A stretch of DNA of 64,000 bases from Candidatus Latescibacterota bacterium. Its GTDB lineage: Bacteria; Latescibacterota; UBA2968. The stretch covers positions 2,336,001 through 2,400,000 of the forward strand of contig OZ244960.1 of the NCBI GenBank assembly GCA_965222605.1. The letters are read 5' to 3'. Positions within the stretch are counted from its first letter, which is position 1, and the number at the start of each line of letters is the position of its first letter. Below the pieces are notes generated by a model. The model ran no database searches and was not told the origin of the DNA. It saw only the letters and a list, made by a program, of their open reading frames with translations. This document shows, piece after piece, positions 53,566 through 63,388 of this stretch. Made by a program: the position numbers and the translations under genes.

Positions 53566-54825
53566 CTATACCGGCGCATCTTCTGGCCTGGGGATATACA
53601 CAAACCAGGCAAAAACGGCAACCAGCAACACCGCTGGAGCCAGCGCGTAAAACGCGGGTGCATAAGTACCAGCAGAGCTAAAAATGGATTCAATAAACAA
53701 CGGTCCTGTTGCAGAAGCCAAAACCGCAAACACCTGTGCCGCACCCTGAATTTTGCCCAAATGAAGACGGCCAAAAATATCTGCCCAGGCCGTAAAAAAA
53801 ATCACCGAAACCACACCCCCGGAAAACCCGAGCAACCCCGCATGTGTTAGCGCTTGCCCCGATGTCTTAAGCTGCGAAAACAAAAGCAAATAAAGACCAA
53901 CCGCCAGCATCGCAACCGTCATCAGCCTGCCCAAAGACCATCGGCGCGCCGCCCACCCCGCTGTAAAATTCCCCAATAATCCCGTCCCCATAAACACCGC
54001 CATCGCGTATTGAAACACCGTCTCATCAAACCCCAACTCGCCCAATATAGACTGATTGAACAGCAGCACACCTGCGATAACCAAATTGTAGAGCGCACTA
54101 CCCACAGCAAAGACATAAAAAGCCGGCGTCATCAGTGCTTGCACGAGCGTAAACCCAATCACCGGATCCTGCGCATCATCATTCGTCACAACCTCGGTAT
54201 CCAGCCCAACCGTCTCCGGATCCCGACGAACAAATAACATACACAAACCGGCCAAAATCATCAGAATCCACCCCAGCCCCGACCACATAACCCGCCAACC
54301 GTGGTTGAGCACAACATCGCCAGCAACAACAATAGCAACCACAAAACCCAGACTCATCAGCACCGCAAAAATACCCATCGCAACGCTCAACCGCCGCACA
54401 AACCATTTGCCAACCATCGTCAAACTAACCACAGACAGCGCGCTTTGCCCCACGCCCCGCATCAAAATCAGCAGAAAAATAAAAACAATACCCGCACTCG
54501 CCACCTGACTAAAACCCAAAACCACCGCGCCCAGAACAAATAGCACCGCCGTCACAACAGCGCGAACCCCAAATCGATCAATGGTCACACCACAGATCAA
54601 ATTGAACAACGCCCCTAAAATGGTCGCCCAGAAATTCATCCCAGCAAAATCGAGCCGGGAAATCCCCAAATCTGCGATCAAAGGCTCTGTAATCAAACCA
54701 ATGCCAACACTTCTGCCCGGCAGCGTCGCCACCATCGCAATCGCCGCAAAAATTAGAACTATCCAACCGTAATAAAACGGCACGCGCGCGGGCAGCGCAT
54801 TGCCAAAAATATTTTTGAAAATCAT
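53566..54825 (-). CDS. MFS transporter
   Basis: FYYGW, IDRFGVR, FGRLHLGKIQG; about 12 hydrophobic segments. Confidence 0.9.
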   Translation of the reverse strand: MIFKNIFGNALPARVPFYYGWIVLIFAAIAMVATLPGRSVGIGLITEPLIADLGISRLDFAGMNFWATILGALFNLICGVTIDRFGVRAVVTAVLFVLGAVVLGFSQVASAGIVFIFLLILMRGVGQSALSVVSLTMVGKWFVRRLSVAMGIFAVLMSLGFVVAIVVAGDVVLNHGWRVMWSGLGWILMILAGLCMLFVRRDPETVGLDTEVVTNDDAQDPVIGFTLVQALMTPAFYVFAVGSALYNLVIAGVLLFNQSILGELGFDETVFQYAMAVFMGTGLLGNFTAGWAARRWSLGRLMTVAMLAVGLYLLLFSQLKTSGQALTHAGLLGFSGGVVSVIFFTAWADIFGRLHLGKIQGAAQVFAVLASATGPLFIESIFSSAGTYAPAFYALAPAVLLVAVFAWFVYIPRPEDAPV

Positions 54826-55643
54826 TCCACGCACGCCCTGAGCTTTGCCAAACCCTCTTCTGCCACCACAACAGAACCCTTCTCCCAATAGCTCGGATTA
54901 AAAAGCTCCAGAGACAACATACCCTCATACCCCACATTTTCAAACCCCGCCACAATTTCTGCCCAGGGCACCAATCCATCCCCCGGATAAACCCGATCGG
55001 CATCTGTTATGGTATCGCGGCCAGGCGATGCCGGATAATCATTCACATGCACCAACCCCAACTTGCCCGGACCCAGATGCTCCAGCCCGTGAAAATGTCC
55101 ACTGCCTTTGTACATATGATACACATCCGCCAGAAGCACCGTGTTGGGACGCCCGCATTCAGCCGCCACCAACAAAGCTTCGCCCAACGTGCCCAGGGTT
55201 TGTGCAACACCCCAAAACTCCAGCAGAGGTTTTGCCTGAAACCCGGCAACCTCATCCATCAACTCACCGTAGCGACGCACCACAGAAAACAAATCGACAT
55301 CCCGGTCTCGAATCCCAAAAGGCGGCGCCGCGACATACGTGCAATTGAGCGCATCGGCCATTTCAAAACAGCGACGCGCCTCTTCCATTCCCTTTGCCCA
55401 CTCCTCATCCTCTGGCACTGACCACTCAAAAAACGCGATCAAATTGACAATCTGAATCCCCCTATCCGCTGCTCTATCGCGTATATCAAACAGCGACCCA
55501 CCCCCCGCAACCCATTCATCAATTTCTGCCACCCACGGTTCAATCCCATCATAACCCGCATCCGCCGCAATATCGATGGCATCAACCACAGAAACACCCT
55601 CATTGCGAATCGTGCTGGTATTCAAACAATACGAAAAACCCAT
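54822..55643 (-). CDS. Sugar phosphate isomerase/epimerase (xylose isomerase-like TIM barrel)
   Basis: GYDGIEPW, LEF, DVYH, VHVND, LSLELF. Confidence 0.88.
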   Translation of the reverse strand: MGFSYCLNTSTIRNEGVSVVDAIDIAADAGYDGIEPWVAEIDEWVAGGGSLFDIRDRAADRGIQIVNLIAFFEWSVPEDEEWAKGMEEARRCFEMADALNCTYVAAPPFGIRDRDVDLFSVVRRYGELMDEVAGFQAKPLLEFWGVAQTLGTLGEALLVAAECGRPNTVLLADVYHMYKGSGHFHGLEHLGPGKLGLVHVNDYPASPGRDTITDADRVYPGDGLVPWAEIVAGFENVGYEGMLSLELFNPSYWEKGSVVVAEEGLAKLRACVE

Positions 55644-55654
55644 AACTATTCTCC

Positions 55655-57043
55655 TCAAATACTCGGCAAAGGCGCAGTATCACCCGTCTCGTGCTGCCAC
55701 AAACGAATCGCCGCCGCCATATTGCGGATGCGATCCCGGTGTTCGGGCGCATCGAACAAATTATTCTCCTCAAAAGGATCGGTATTCAAATCGAACAACT
55801 CGCACTGATCGCCCGCACACAAATTCAACTTCCACCGGTCGCCCGTCACAACACAACGCCACGGCAGCGTCGCCACCAAATTGATATCGGGATTCCCCAA
55901 ATTGCGGTCGCCAATCCCATTCCACTCCATAAACGCCATGTGTTCCCTCAAATCGCGGTCACCCGTCAAAGCACCTGCCACACTCTCACCCTGACACTGG
56001 TCTGGAATCGGCAACCCCGCCAGATCCAAAAGCGTCGGGATCAAATCCGCGTGACCGAACACCCCATCCACTCGCGTCTGCTCTGTGCTCAACCACGGCA
56101 CATGCATCAAAAACGGAATCCGCGCCGACTCCTCGTAAAACGCCCGCTTTTCCCACATGCGATGATCGCCCGCCATCTCACCGTGATCACTCGTAAACAC
56201 AAAAATCGTATTCTCCATCTGACCCGTCTCATCCAGAGCCTGCACCATCTTGCCAATGGCGTCATCCACAATTTTCACATTGCCCAAATACTGCGCCCGC
56301 AACTTCCGCCAATTCTCATCCCGCGTCATATCTTCGGCCACAACCCGCGCATCTGTGGTGTTGCGATAAAAATCTGAACGCACCCGGTTAAACAGCGAAT
56401 GCCCCTCTGGATGCTTCAAAAATGTCGGCCCCAACGCTATCTCTTCGGGATCGTACATCCCGTCATAAGGTCCCCGATAAGGCGGATGCGGCTCAAACGT
56501 ACTGGCAACGAGCAGCCATGGACCACCTGTATTCTCTCGAATAAACCGCTCTGACTCCTCGCCCACATAAGCCCCAATCTGCGCGGATGCCGGCATAGCC
56601 GCGCGTTGCTGGGGCGTAAATCTATTGGGCACATCCGGCGCAAAGCCCTGATCCAAAAGCCACTGGTGGTACCCACAGCCATCCGCAATACTGCACCACT
56701 CGTCAAATCCGTGCTGACAGTTGCCATCATCTCCCAAATGCCACTTGCCCACATACCCCTTGCGGTACGTATTGGGCATCATCTCCGCGATGGACAACGT
56801 CTCCTCTCTCAGCGGGATCCCATTGACCACACACCCATGCGAATGCGGATAAAGCCCGGTAATCAGCGACCCCCGCGACGGCGTACAAACCGCCTGCGTC
56901 ACATAAGCATTCTCAAAAACAAAACTGCGCTCGGCCAGCGCGTCATGATGCGGCGACTGAATCCACCCATTGCCATAACACGCCATCGTATCCGTGCGCT
57001 GCTGATCCGTAATCACAACTACAATATTCGGTTGACGGGACAC
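55655..57043 (-). CDS. Formylglycine-type (S1) sulfatase
   Basis: PNIVVVITDQ, CTPSRGSLITG, GKWHLG, FTSDHG. Confidence 0.94.
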   Translation of the reverse strand: MSRQPNIVVVITDQQRTDTMACYGNGWIQSPHHDALAERSFVFENAYVTQAVCTPSRGSLITGLYPHSHGCVVNGIPLREETLSIAEMMPNTYRKGYVGKWHLGDDGNCQHGFDEWCSIADGCGYHQWLLDQGFAPDVPNRFTPQQRAAMPASAQIGAYVGEESERFIRENTGGPWLLVASTFEPHPPYRGPYDGMYDPEEIALGPTFLKHPEGHSLFNRVRSDFYRNTTDARVVAEDMTRDENWRKLRAQYLGNVKIVDDAIGKMVQALDETGQMENTIFVFTSDHGEMAGDHRMWEKRAFYEESARIPFLMHVPWLSTEQTRVDGVFGHADLIPTLLDLAGLPIPDQCQGESVAGALTGDRDLREHMAFMEWNGIGDRNLGNPDINLVATLPWRCVVTGDRWKLNLCAGDQCELFDLNTDPFEENNLFDAPEHRDRIRNMAAAIRLWQHETGDTAPLPSI

Positions 57044-57055
57044 TGCGATTCCTCC

Positions 57056-57626
57056 TTGTCTGAATCAGGATGGGCAGGATGAAAGGATGAACAGGATACC
57101 CCCCGCCACACCACACCAAAACTGCCAAACCCCATCCTGTTAGTTTCGATCCGGGTGCTTTTTGTCATTGAATATCCGTTTGTACTCCAGCCTTTTTGCC
57201 CCGAAGTTGATTAAAAGGCCAATATCAAAATCATAAGCCACTACATAGTTCTTCGCTTGCGCCAGGTGAACATCCTCCAGAATAGTTAAGGCTTTTAACT
57301 CAACAACGACGCAATTGGCTACGATAAAATCTGCTCTTCTCGTTCCGACTTCAATGCCCTGATAAAAAATGGGTTGCTCCACCTCCCGTCCAAAATCAAT
57401 GCCTGCCTGTTCTAACTCAATCGCAAGACACCTCTGATAAATCACTTCCTGAAATCCATTTCCAAGCGTACTGTGTACTTTCATCGCGCAACCAATGATT
57501 TTATACGTCAAATCATCACTTTTCACTCTGGCTATCCTCTTATTGTCTGAATCAGGATATACAGGATTTTAGGATGGGCAGGATGCTCCTTGCCATATCC
57601 CGCCAAGCGTGCCAAACCCCATCCTG
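57056..57626. repeat. 84-bp imperfect direct repeats (57056-57139, 57543-57626) flanking the GxxExxY gene
   Basis: Both start ttgtctgaatcaggat, contain AGGAT iterations and end tgccaaaccccatcctg. Confidence 0.8.
57140..57526 (-). CDS. GxxExxY protein (PD-(D/E)xK nuclease fold)
   Basis: LGNGFQEVIYQ, RADFIV, VELKA, GLLINFG. Confidence 0.93.
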   Translation of the reverse strand: MKSDDLTYKIIGCAMKVHSTLGNGFQEVIYQRCLAIELEQAGIDFGREVEQPIFYQGIEVGTRRADFIVANCVVVELKALTILEDVHLAQAKNYVVAYDFDIGLLINFGAKRLEYKRIFNDKKHPDRN

Positions 57627-57708
57627 ATGTTGTGCCCATCGAAAAAAAGACCTCGCAAAAATCAGGCGAGATCTTTCGGTAAGGCAATTCAAGCAAAATA
57701 ATCAATGA

Positions 57709-58098
57709 TTATTGTTCTTCATCCTGCTGAACCAAAACCGTATGGCTTGCTATATATTCATCATTTATGAAAACTTCAAACTTGAGTTCTCCGGGTTTTG
57801 CAATCTGCAGATTCACGAATTCCTGAAAAAGACGATGCCGATTCGACTCAATCTTGATATTTGTCGAAAAATTTTTCGGCTTTTCTTTGCCAGGTAAAGA
57901 TACGTGAACTTTCACTTGATAATCTATATCCTCATCTCCGCTTTCATAATTCCAAGCACTTATTACAACTGCTTGGGGTATAACTGCCGGAAATTGATCT
58001 GATCGAAATTCACTTAAAATATTGAACAGACTTAACCTATTTGTCCGCTGATCAACTGAAATACTTTCACTCACGAGGAAATATTCTAACTTTGGCAT
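57709..58098 (-). CDS. Hypothetical beta-sandwich protein (DUF6941-like)
   Basis: DQRTNRLSLFNI, KPGELKFEVFIND. Confidence 0.6.
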   Translation of the reverse strand: MPKLEYFLVSESISVDQRTNRLSLFNILSEFRSDQFPAVIPQAVVISAWNYESGDEDIDYQVKVHVSLPGKEKPKNFSTNIKIESNRHRLFQEFVNLQIAKPGELKFEVFINDEYIASHTVLVQQDEEQ

Positions 58099-58581
58099 TT
58101 ACGCAGCCTCGACCGTGTGATAGTTTATAGTTCTTTCTCGTGCTTTAAAAGTATCCCCATAGACATTGAACGCTTCTACAGAGGAAACAGAAAATGTGCG
58201 ATAGATATTATTAGTGCTTTGCTGGCGTCTTTGTACACAAAATTTCGCTACTCGGATACTCAAAGGCATCTCCGATAGCTCCAGGTTAGCCAGCGTGGTG
58301 AGATACTCTTCAGCAAAAGGCGTGTTAAAAGGCTCCAGAGCAATTGCTACCAACGATAATGTTATATCATAGGAAAATTTTTCACCAGACACAAATTTTT
58401 CCAGTAAACTCTGTATATATCTGTGCAATTCTGCCTCGGATAAATTCCCACTCCAATATGCATCTCGAAGTTGCTTGCACTCTTCGGTCCGTACAAGAAT
58501 ATATCGCATCGCTTTGGGTGGCATTTCATAGCCAATAGAAAAAATGAAGTCATCAGACTTTATTTTTTGTAGCAAATTCAT
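58099..58581 (-). CDS. Hypothetical helical protein
   Basis: GAGGAG RBS; abuts both neighbours. Confidence 0.65.
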   Translation of the reverse strand: MNLLQKIKSDDFIFSIGYEMPPKAMRYILVRTEECKQLRDAYWSGNLSEAELHRYIQSLLEKFVSGEKFSYDITLSLVAIALEPFNTPFAEEYLTTLANLELSEMPLSIRVAKFCVQRRQQSTNNIYRTFSVSSVEAFNVYGDTFKARERTINYHTVEAA

Positions 58582-58592
58582 TGGAATACTCC

Positions 58593-59120
58593 TCAAAGGG
58601 TTCGGTCTGTCCAATACCTCAGTTGAAAATCAGTGAAATGATCTCGAAAGGGCACGTCCCCTGGGAAATGGATATACTCTCCAGATGCATCATCCCATTT
58701 GCTTAGTATTCTAGGGATCGGTCTTCCTGTTGGTAAAATACCCGGTTCGAGAGATAAAACCTGACCTACATGAATGTATCCGACTTCACTATGTGAATAA
58801 ATGGCAAGATCCCCAGGCATCGGCGATTCACTGCCATTTAATTCACGGTACTCATCATCTTGGTAAATTTTATCCCACTCAGGGTCATCGTAAATAGCTG
58901 TTCTCCGACTGGCCCAAACAAGGCCAGCACAATTATATATACCACAAGGTCCAATACGTTTTATCCACTTGGCTCTAAATTTATTTAACCATACCTGTTC
59001 ACGGGCTAATGATTGTTGTGCTGGAGGAGGGGCAACTTCATTCTTGATATGTTGTCCTGCCCGAGTATCGAGACGGAGACTCTGCCTATTTTGACCAATT
59101 AATCTCTGCACATCAAACAT
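58593..59120 (-). CDS. Papain/NlpC-like Cys-His hydrolase (putative)
   Basis: YNCAG...PGDLAIY...IHVGQV...SKW...YIH. Confidence 0.6.
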   Translation of the reverse strand: MFDVQRLIGQNRQSLRLDTRAGQHIKNEVAPPPAQQSLAREQVWLNKFRAKWIKRIGPCGIYNCAGLVWASRRTAIYDDPEWDKIYQDDEYRELNGSESPMPGDLAIYSHSEVGYIHVGQVLSLEPGILPTGRPIPRILSKWDDASGEYIHFPGDVPFRDHFTDFQLRYWTDRTL

Positions 59121-59434
59121 AATATCATTGTATTATATGATTTTCAAAATCTCTCACATGATCTTAAGAAGAGAGGACCCAATTTAAAACTCCATTATTC
59201 AAGATACCGTCACAGGGAATAGATATCAAGGGGAAATTCTCCAATATCTGTTATCTAGCTATTCCTGGTGCGAGTCTATTTTCACATTAGCACTCGCCAT
59301 CCTGTTCATTCTTCATACTCGGTAAACTGGCTTGGGGAACAGCCAGTTGTACACCACCGCTCCGATGTACTGTATGGGTATGGCTACACCATGCTGCGCG
59401 TGCGCCTACCCATCCTGATCCAGACAGTTTCCAC

Positions 59435-62400
59435 TTAAATGTCCAAAAAACCGTGGTACCCAGCACTCAAAAGGGTTTCTTGCGCACGCTCCGCATTCTT
59501 GTACACGCTTTCATCCTCGCTGTTCAGACCTGCCTTCAGAATGGGCTTGGCTTTGTCTGCGTCAATGTAAATTCTGCCACTCTGATCAATCGAATCAGTA
59601 ATTTTTGCGAAGCATTCAACGACTTTCGCAGTATGGCTTTCGAGCATTTCGTTCAGCATGTCCAACCCGAAAAAAATACTCCGGCTATCCGGCTGGCTTA
59701 CATCAAGAATTTTAGAGTAAGCATCTAATCGCCAATCAGGGTCAAGACATTCCGCTTCCAGCCAAAATGTGAACAATTGCAGTTCTTCTGGTTCCTTAAC
59801 TTCAAATCGCCAGTCAAAAAAAGCGACTATGCGATCTCTCAAGTCTTCCCCCAGATGCTTTCCGCTATTTTTCAGAGAACTCCCGACATGATCGAATAAG
59901 CGTGTCCACCGTTGCTTGTCATCTGTGGTTTTCTCGTAAAATCTTTCCAGCAGACTATCTTCGCTCTTGAGTGGATAAACTTCCCACAAATAATAGGAAA
60001 AAAGATGTTCTCCCAGCGTATCGGGAATTTCCCTAATTGAGTGCTTTCTCCCTTTCAGGTCGGCCAAATGGTCAAGTGCAAGTGCAAAATCCTCTCTCAA
60101 AATTTCAAAGGTTGGCTTAAATGGACCATTGAAGCGCAAGAAACTTCCAAATGCCTCTACCCATACGGATAGATTATCTTGAGGGAAAAAGACCGCTTTG
60201 TGTTCAACTGCCCATGTTTGATTCAGGTCCCAAAGTTGAACGTAATACATGCCTAATATCGCACGTTCCGGCATTGTCAGAGGGTAATACGCTTCAGCCT
60301 TAAAACGCGCTTCAAGTATTGAGGTAACTTCTGGCACCTTATCCTTATCATCGTGCCTCCGTACCCATAAACTGAACTTCACAAGGTCTTGCAAAGCGCG
60401 GCTGCGAGTGTTATTGATCGCCTCGGTAATTTGATCGTTATGGCTCAGTAAGGTCGGCTCATTGAGATCTAATTGCCTGTCAAATTGTGTGCATAACAGT
60501 CTAAGGATATTTGCCAGTAATTCCCTTGCAGTGAATGGAACATTCATATCCTCTTTGAGACACTCACCAATGAAATCTCCCACTGCTCGCCGGGAACTTC
60601 CCCAGTCTGGCTGTTCCCGTGACTCATCGCCCCTTTCTCCTTGATCCCTTTTTATGTCGGGATGCGATAGCACCCACTCGCAGAATTCAAACCATAGATC
60701 AAGCCGCTCATAATGTTGCTCTTTTACATGCTCCTGAACTGCCAAGACAATTGCCTTAACATAAATTGGCCGCTTGATCCGATCACGGTTTTTCAGCCAG
60801 AATGTCAATCGTTTCTCATTAGGAATGATCGTATCTTTGAACGCCGTTTGAAAGGTCAAGGCAAGTGCTCTGATATTAATTGATTCATTTTGTTCAAAGT
60901 CATAGCGTGCCTCTTGCCATTCATTGATATAGTGGAGTAATTCTTCATCCGGAAAGTTTGTAAGGTCTTCTACTGATCTCGGGCTACTATAGGACACAAT
61001 TCCGCCTTTTGACTTCCCAATTGGTGAATAGTCTTCATCGGAAAGAGGCTTTTCGCCGGAAGTGTTTTCCAGTTCTCGGAAATAGTTTTGATATTCTCCA
61101 GTCTGCAAGTGTTCAAATGGTCGGAGTTGCATTCTGTGAAAATAACGTTGTCGTTGCTGGAATCCCTCCTCAGTGAACCGCTCTCCCATCCATTCTCGGA
61201 AATCTTCTCTCGAGGGTCCGCTCAGAATGGCGTCAAATATCGTCGTTCGTTCTCTCTTGCTAAGCAGGCTTGCGCCAAAGTGCTCGCAAGCCTTGCGAAT
61301 CATGAGTTGAAACTCGTAATCATGTTCCCATTTGGCATAGTCTTTGTGTTCGAGGATGAACTCGTGAATCCATGGCCTAGTCTGTTCGTTTGGATACAGC
61401 GCGTATAGATGTTGGCGAAGACGTTTAAATATTTTCCAGTGCTGATTGCGTAGAGCGTTGTCCAAGATTGCGATTGACTCCGGTGCCTTTTTGAATATCT
61501 CCTCGCAGGCAAAAGTCAAGGTATGAACAAGCGTTTCTTCGGACTCGCTGTAGTCACTATCATCTAATTCATTGAGACGCCAGCACCAGATTTCGGAGTA
61601 ATCTTCATCTCCTTCTTTATCGAGGTCTTCTCGATGCTTGCTCAGACGAATCATGCTTGCCGTGGCATTAATAAGCATGCGAGCTATTTGATATGGCTCT
61701 TGATCGCATAGAGGACGTATGCCATTTTCGAGAATCTGCTGGTATTCCCATTGATCAAAAAGAGGCGATGGTTTAAGCTCTGTTGTCCAATCCTTTGGGT
61801 TCTCCAATCGACGTGCTTGCTTTTCCCCAGACATAGGATCAGCTCTGAACGAAACAGCGATTTTAGAAAGTTCCAAAGCCGCCTTTATTGAATCTTTTGA
61901 TCCTCCTATCCAATGGTTTACAATCTTAGCAATCAAATCATACAGGCTAATCTGTTTATGAGGCGATTTGATGTATCTTGTGAACCGGGGCTTGAGTTTC
62001 AGTGATAGCTCAATGTTCTCTATATCACACGCTATCTCACAGATTTCTTGCAAAACACGAGGATTGTCCGTTTCTGGAATATCAGCAAGAATGTCCACGA
62101 CCTGCTCTGGGACATTGTTCGCGACTCGTTTCAGATATGAAAGAGGCGACCAGAATGGATAGATCACGTACCCATCATCGGTAGGCTTAACGTTTGGTGG
62201 TGTATTAAAGAAGCCCTGATCTTTCAGTATTGGAATCCACACTGGGTTTTCTACGTATTCGAAGAAGAACCTGTAATTTGCTCCTCTGCGCGTTATTAAT
62301 TCCAACATAGAATTTATGTCGTCTTCAGTGGGTGCGGGCTTCTCAAGTATGGTCCTGATTTCTTGTTGATTCTGCGCTGTGATGGGAGCAAGCAGGTCGA

Positions 62401-62998
62401 AAATTATTTGATCTATGGTAGAAAAATACTCCATGAAGCTTTGCTCATCCGGATTGCTTCTGTGATGGGCAAAGCCTTCGATTTCCATCCAGACTTTATG
62501 AAATTGGTCACGCTTTGCTTCTTGAATCCTCGGATCGAACATGTCTGCCATCGGATCAATTTGCCCGATTGCTGATTGAATCTGTTCTCTGCGTGTTGGT
62601 CTCTGGTTCAATTCCAGGTACTGGTCAATCTTTCGAAGCGTTTTATCAAGTTGTCCATCAACCTCTTTATCCTTCCATTTTCCATCATATCGTGTCTTGT
62701 CCTTTATCCAGCGATTATATATGCCTCGTCGCATCCCCACTAAATCATGCGATCTTACCACATCGCTTTCACGGACTACTCTTGGAAGTTTTTCAAGAAG
62801 TTCCCTCAAAGACTGAGCAGCTTGCGAGATTCGGTCAGGATTGTATGTATTTTGGAGTGCGAAAAGGGCACCTAAATACCAGTCACCCAAGGGATATTCA
62901 TCTGTTTCTTTCGCCCTGAGCGCATCCAAAACCTGCCTCTGCGTTGCATCAAGAATCGGCGACATCGGTTGATTATTATCTGGGAAGTTTTCATTCAT
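59435..62998 (-). CDS. Large (~1187 aa) protein: N-terminal HEPN-like domain plus long helical region; candidate defence protein
   Basis: NPDRISQAAQSLRELLEKLP...GFAHH; WIPILKDQGFF...YLKRVANNVPEQV; no Walker A seen. Confidence 0.6.
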   Translation of the reverse strand: MNENFPDNNQPMSPILDATQRQVLDALRAKETDEYPLGDWYLGALFALQNTYNPDRISQAAQSLRELLEKLPRVVRESDVVRSHDLVGMRRGIYNRWIKDKTRYDGKWKDKEVDGQLDKTLRKIDQYLELNQRPTRREQIQSAIGQIDPMADMFDPRIQEAKRDQFHKVWMEIEGFAHHRSNPDEQSFMEYFSTIDQIIFDLLAPITAQNQQEIRTILEKPAPTEDDINSMLELITRRGANYRFFFEYVENPVWIPILKDQGFFNTPPNVKPTDDGYVIYPFWSPLSYLKRVANNVPEQVVDILADIPETDNPRVLQEICEIACDIENIELSLKLKPRFTRYIKSPHKQISLYDLIAKIVNHWIGGSKDSIKAALELSKIAVSFRADPMSGEKQARRLENPKDWTTELKPSPLFDQWEYQQILENGIRPLCDQEPYQIARMLINATASMIRLSKHREDLDKEGDEDYSEIWCWRLNELDDSDYSESEETLVHTLTFACEEIFKKAPESIAILDNALRNQHWKIFKRLRQHLYALYPNEQTRPWIHEFILEHKDYAKWEHDYEFQLMIRKACEHFGASLLSKRERTTIFDAILSGPSREDFREWMGERFTEEGFQQRQRYFHRMQLRPFEHLQTGEYQNYFRELENTSGEKPLSDEDYSPIGKSKGGIVSYSSPRSVEDLTNFPDEELLHYINEWQEARYDFEQNESINIRALALTFQTAFKDTIIPNEKRLTFWLKNRDRIKRPIYVKAIVLAVQEHVKEQHYERLDLWFEFCEWVLSHPDIKRDQGERGDESREQPDWGSSRRAVGDFIGECLKEDMNVPFTARELLANILRLLCTQFDRQLDLNEPTLLSHNDQITEAINNTRSRALQDLVKFSLWVRRHDDKDKVPEVTSILEARFKAEAYYPLTMPERAILGMYYVQLWDLNQTWAVEHKAVFFPQDNLSVWVEAFGSFLRFNGPFKPTFEILREDFALALDHLADLKGRKHSIREIPDTLGEHLFSYYLWEVYPLKSEDSLLERFYEKTTDDKQRWTRLFDHVGSSLKNSGKHLGEDLRDRIVAFFDWRFEVKEPEELQLFTFWLEAECLDPDWRLDAYSKILDVSQPDSRSIFFGLDMLNEMLESHTAKVVECFAKITDSIDQSGRIYIDADKAKPILKAGLNSEDESVYKNAERAQETLLSAGYHGFLDI

Positions 62999-63242
62999 TG
63001 GGATATAAACACCTCTTTTGAAGGTTATTTCAACTAAAAAGAGGACTTGACCACAAGTCCTCTTTGAAGGATTTCGCTCGGTTGTACCATCTTGCTCTAC
63101 GCAGATCCGAACGGGTCTGCGGTCGCAGTTCAACAGGTATTAATTATAAATAACGAACAAATATACCATTGTCAAGGGCAGAGAATTTCTTCATCAAAAA
63201 ATAGACTGGATCACGGCTCAACATCATGCCGCGATGACAGAC

Positions 63243-63268
63243 GGGACGGCACGGGGACCGTCCCCTAC
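63243..63268 (-). repeat. GTAG-type REP palindrome
   Basis: Reverse complement gtaggggacggtccccgtgccgtccc, nearly identical to 10518-10543. Confidence 0.75.
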
Positions 63269-63388
63269 AACACCATCTCGATCATCCCGCCAAATCTTCA
63301 TCCTGTTCATCCTTCGATATTCGCTACGCTCATTGTAGGCTTCGCCTGTGCCTGCCCATCCTGATTCTGACAGTTTTTTCACATCCCA

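Noticed and set aside
57056-63372. Repeats considered as a CRISPR array
   Set aside because: Degenerate, irregularly spaced, separated by whole genes; no cas genes in the window
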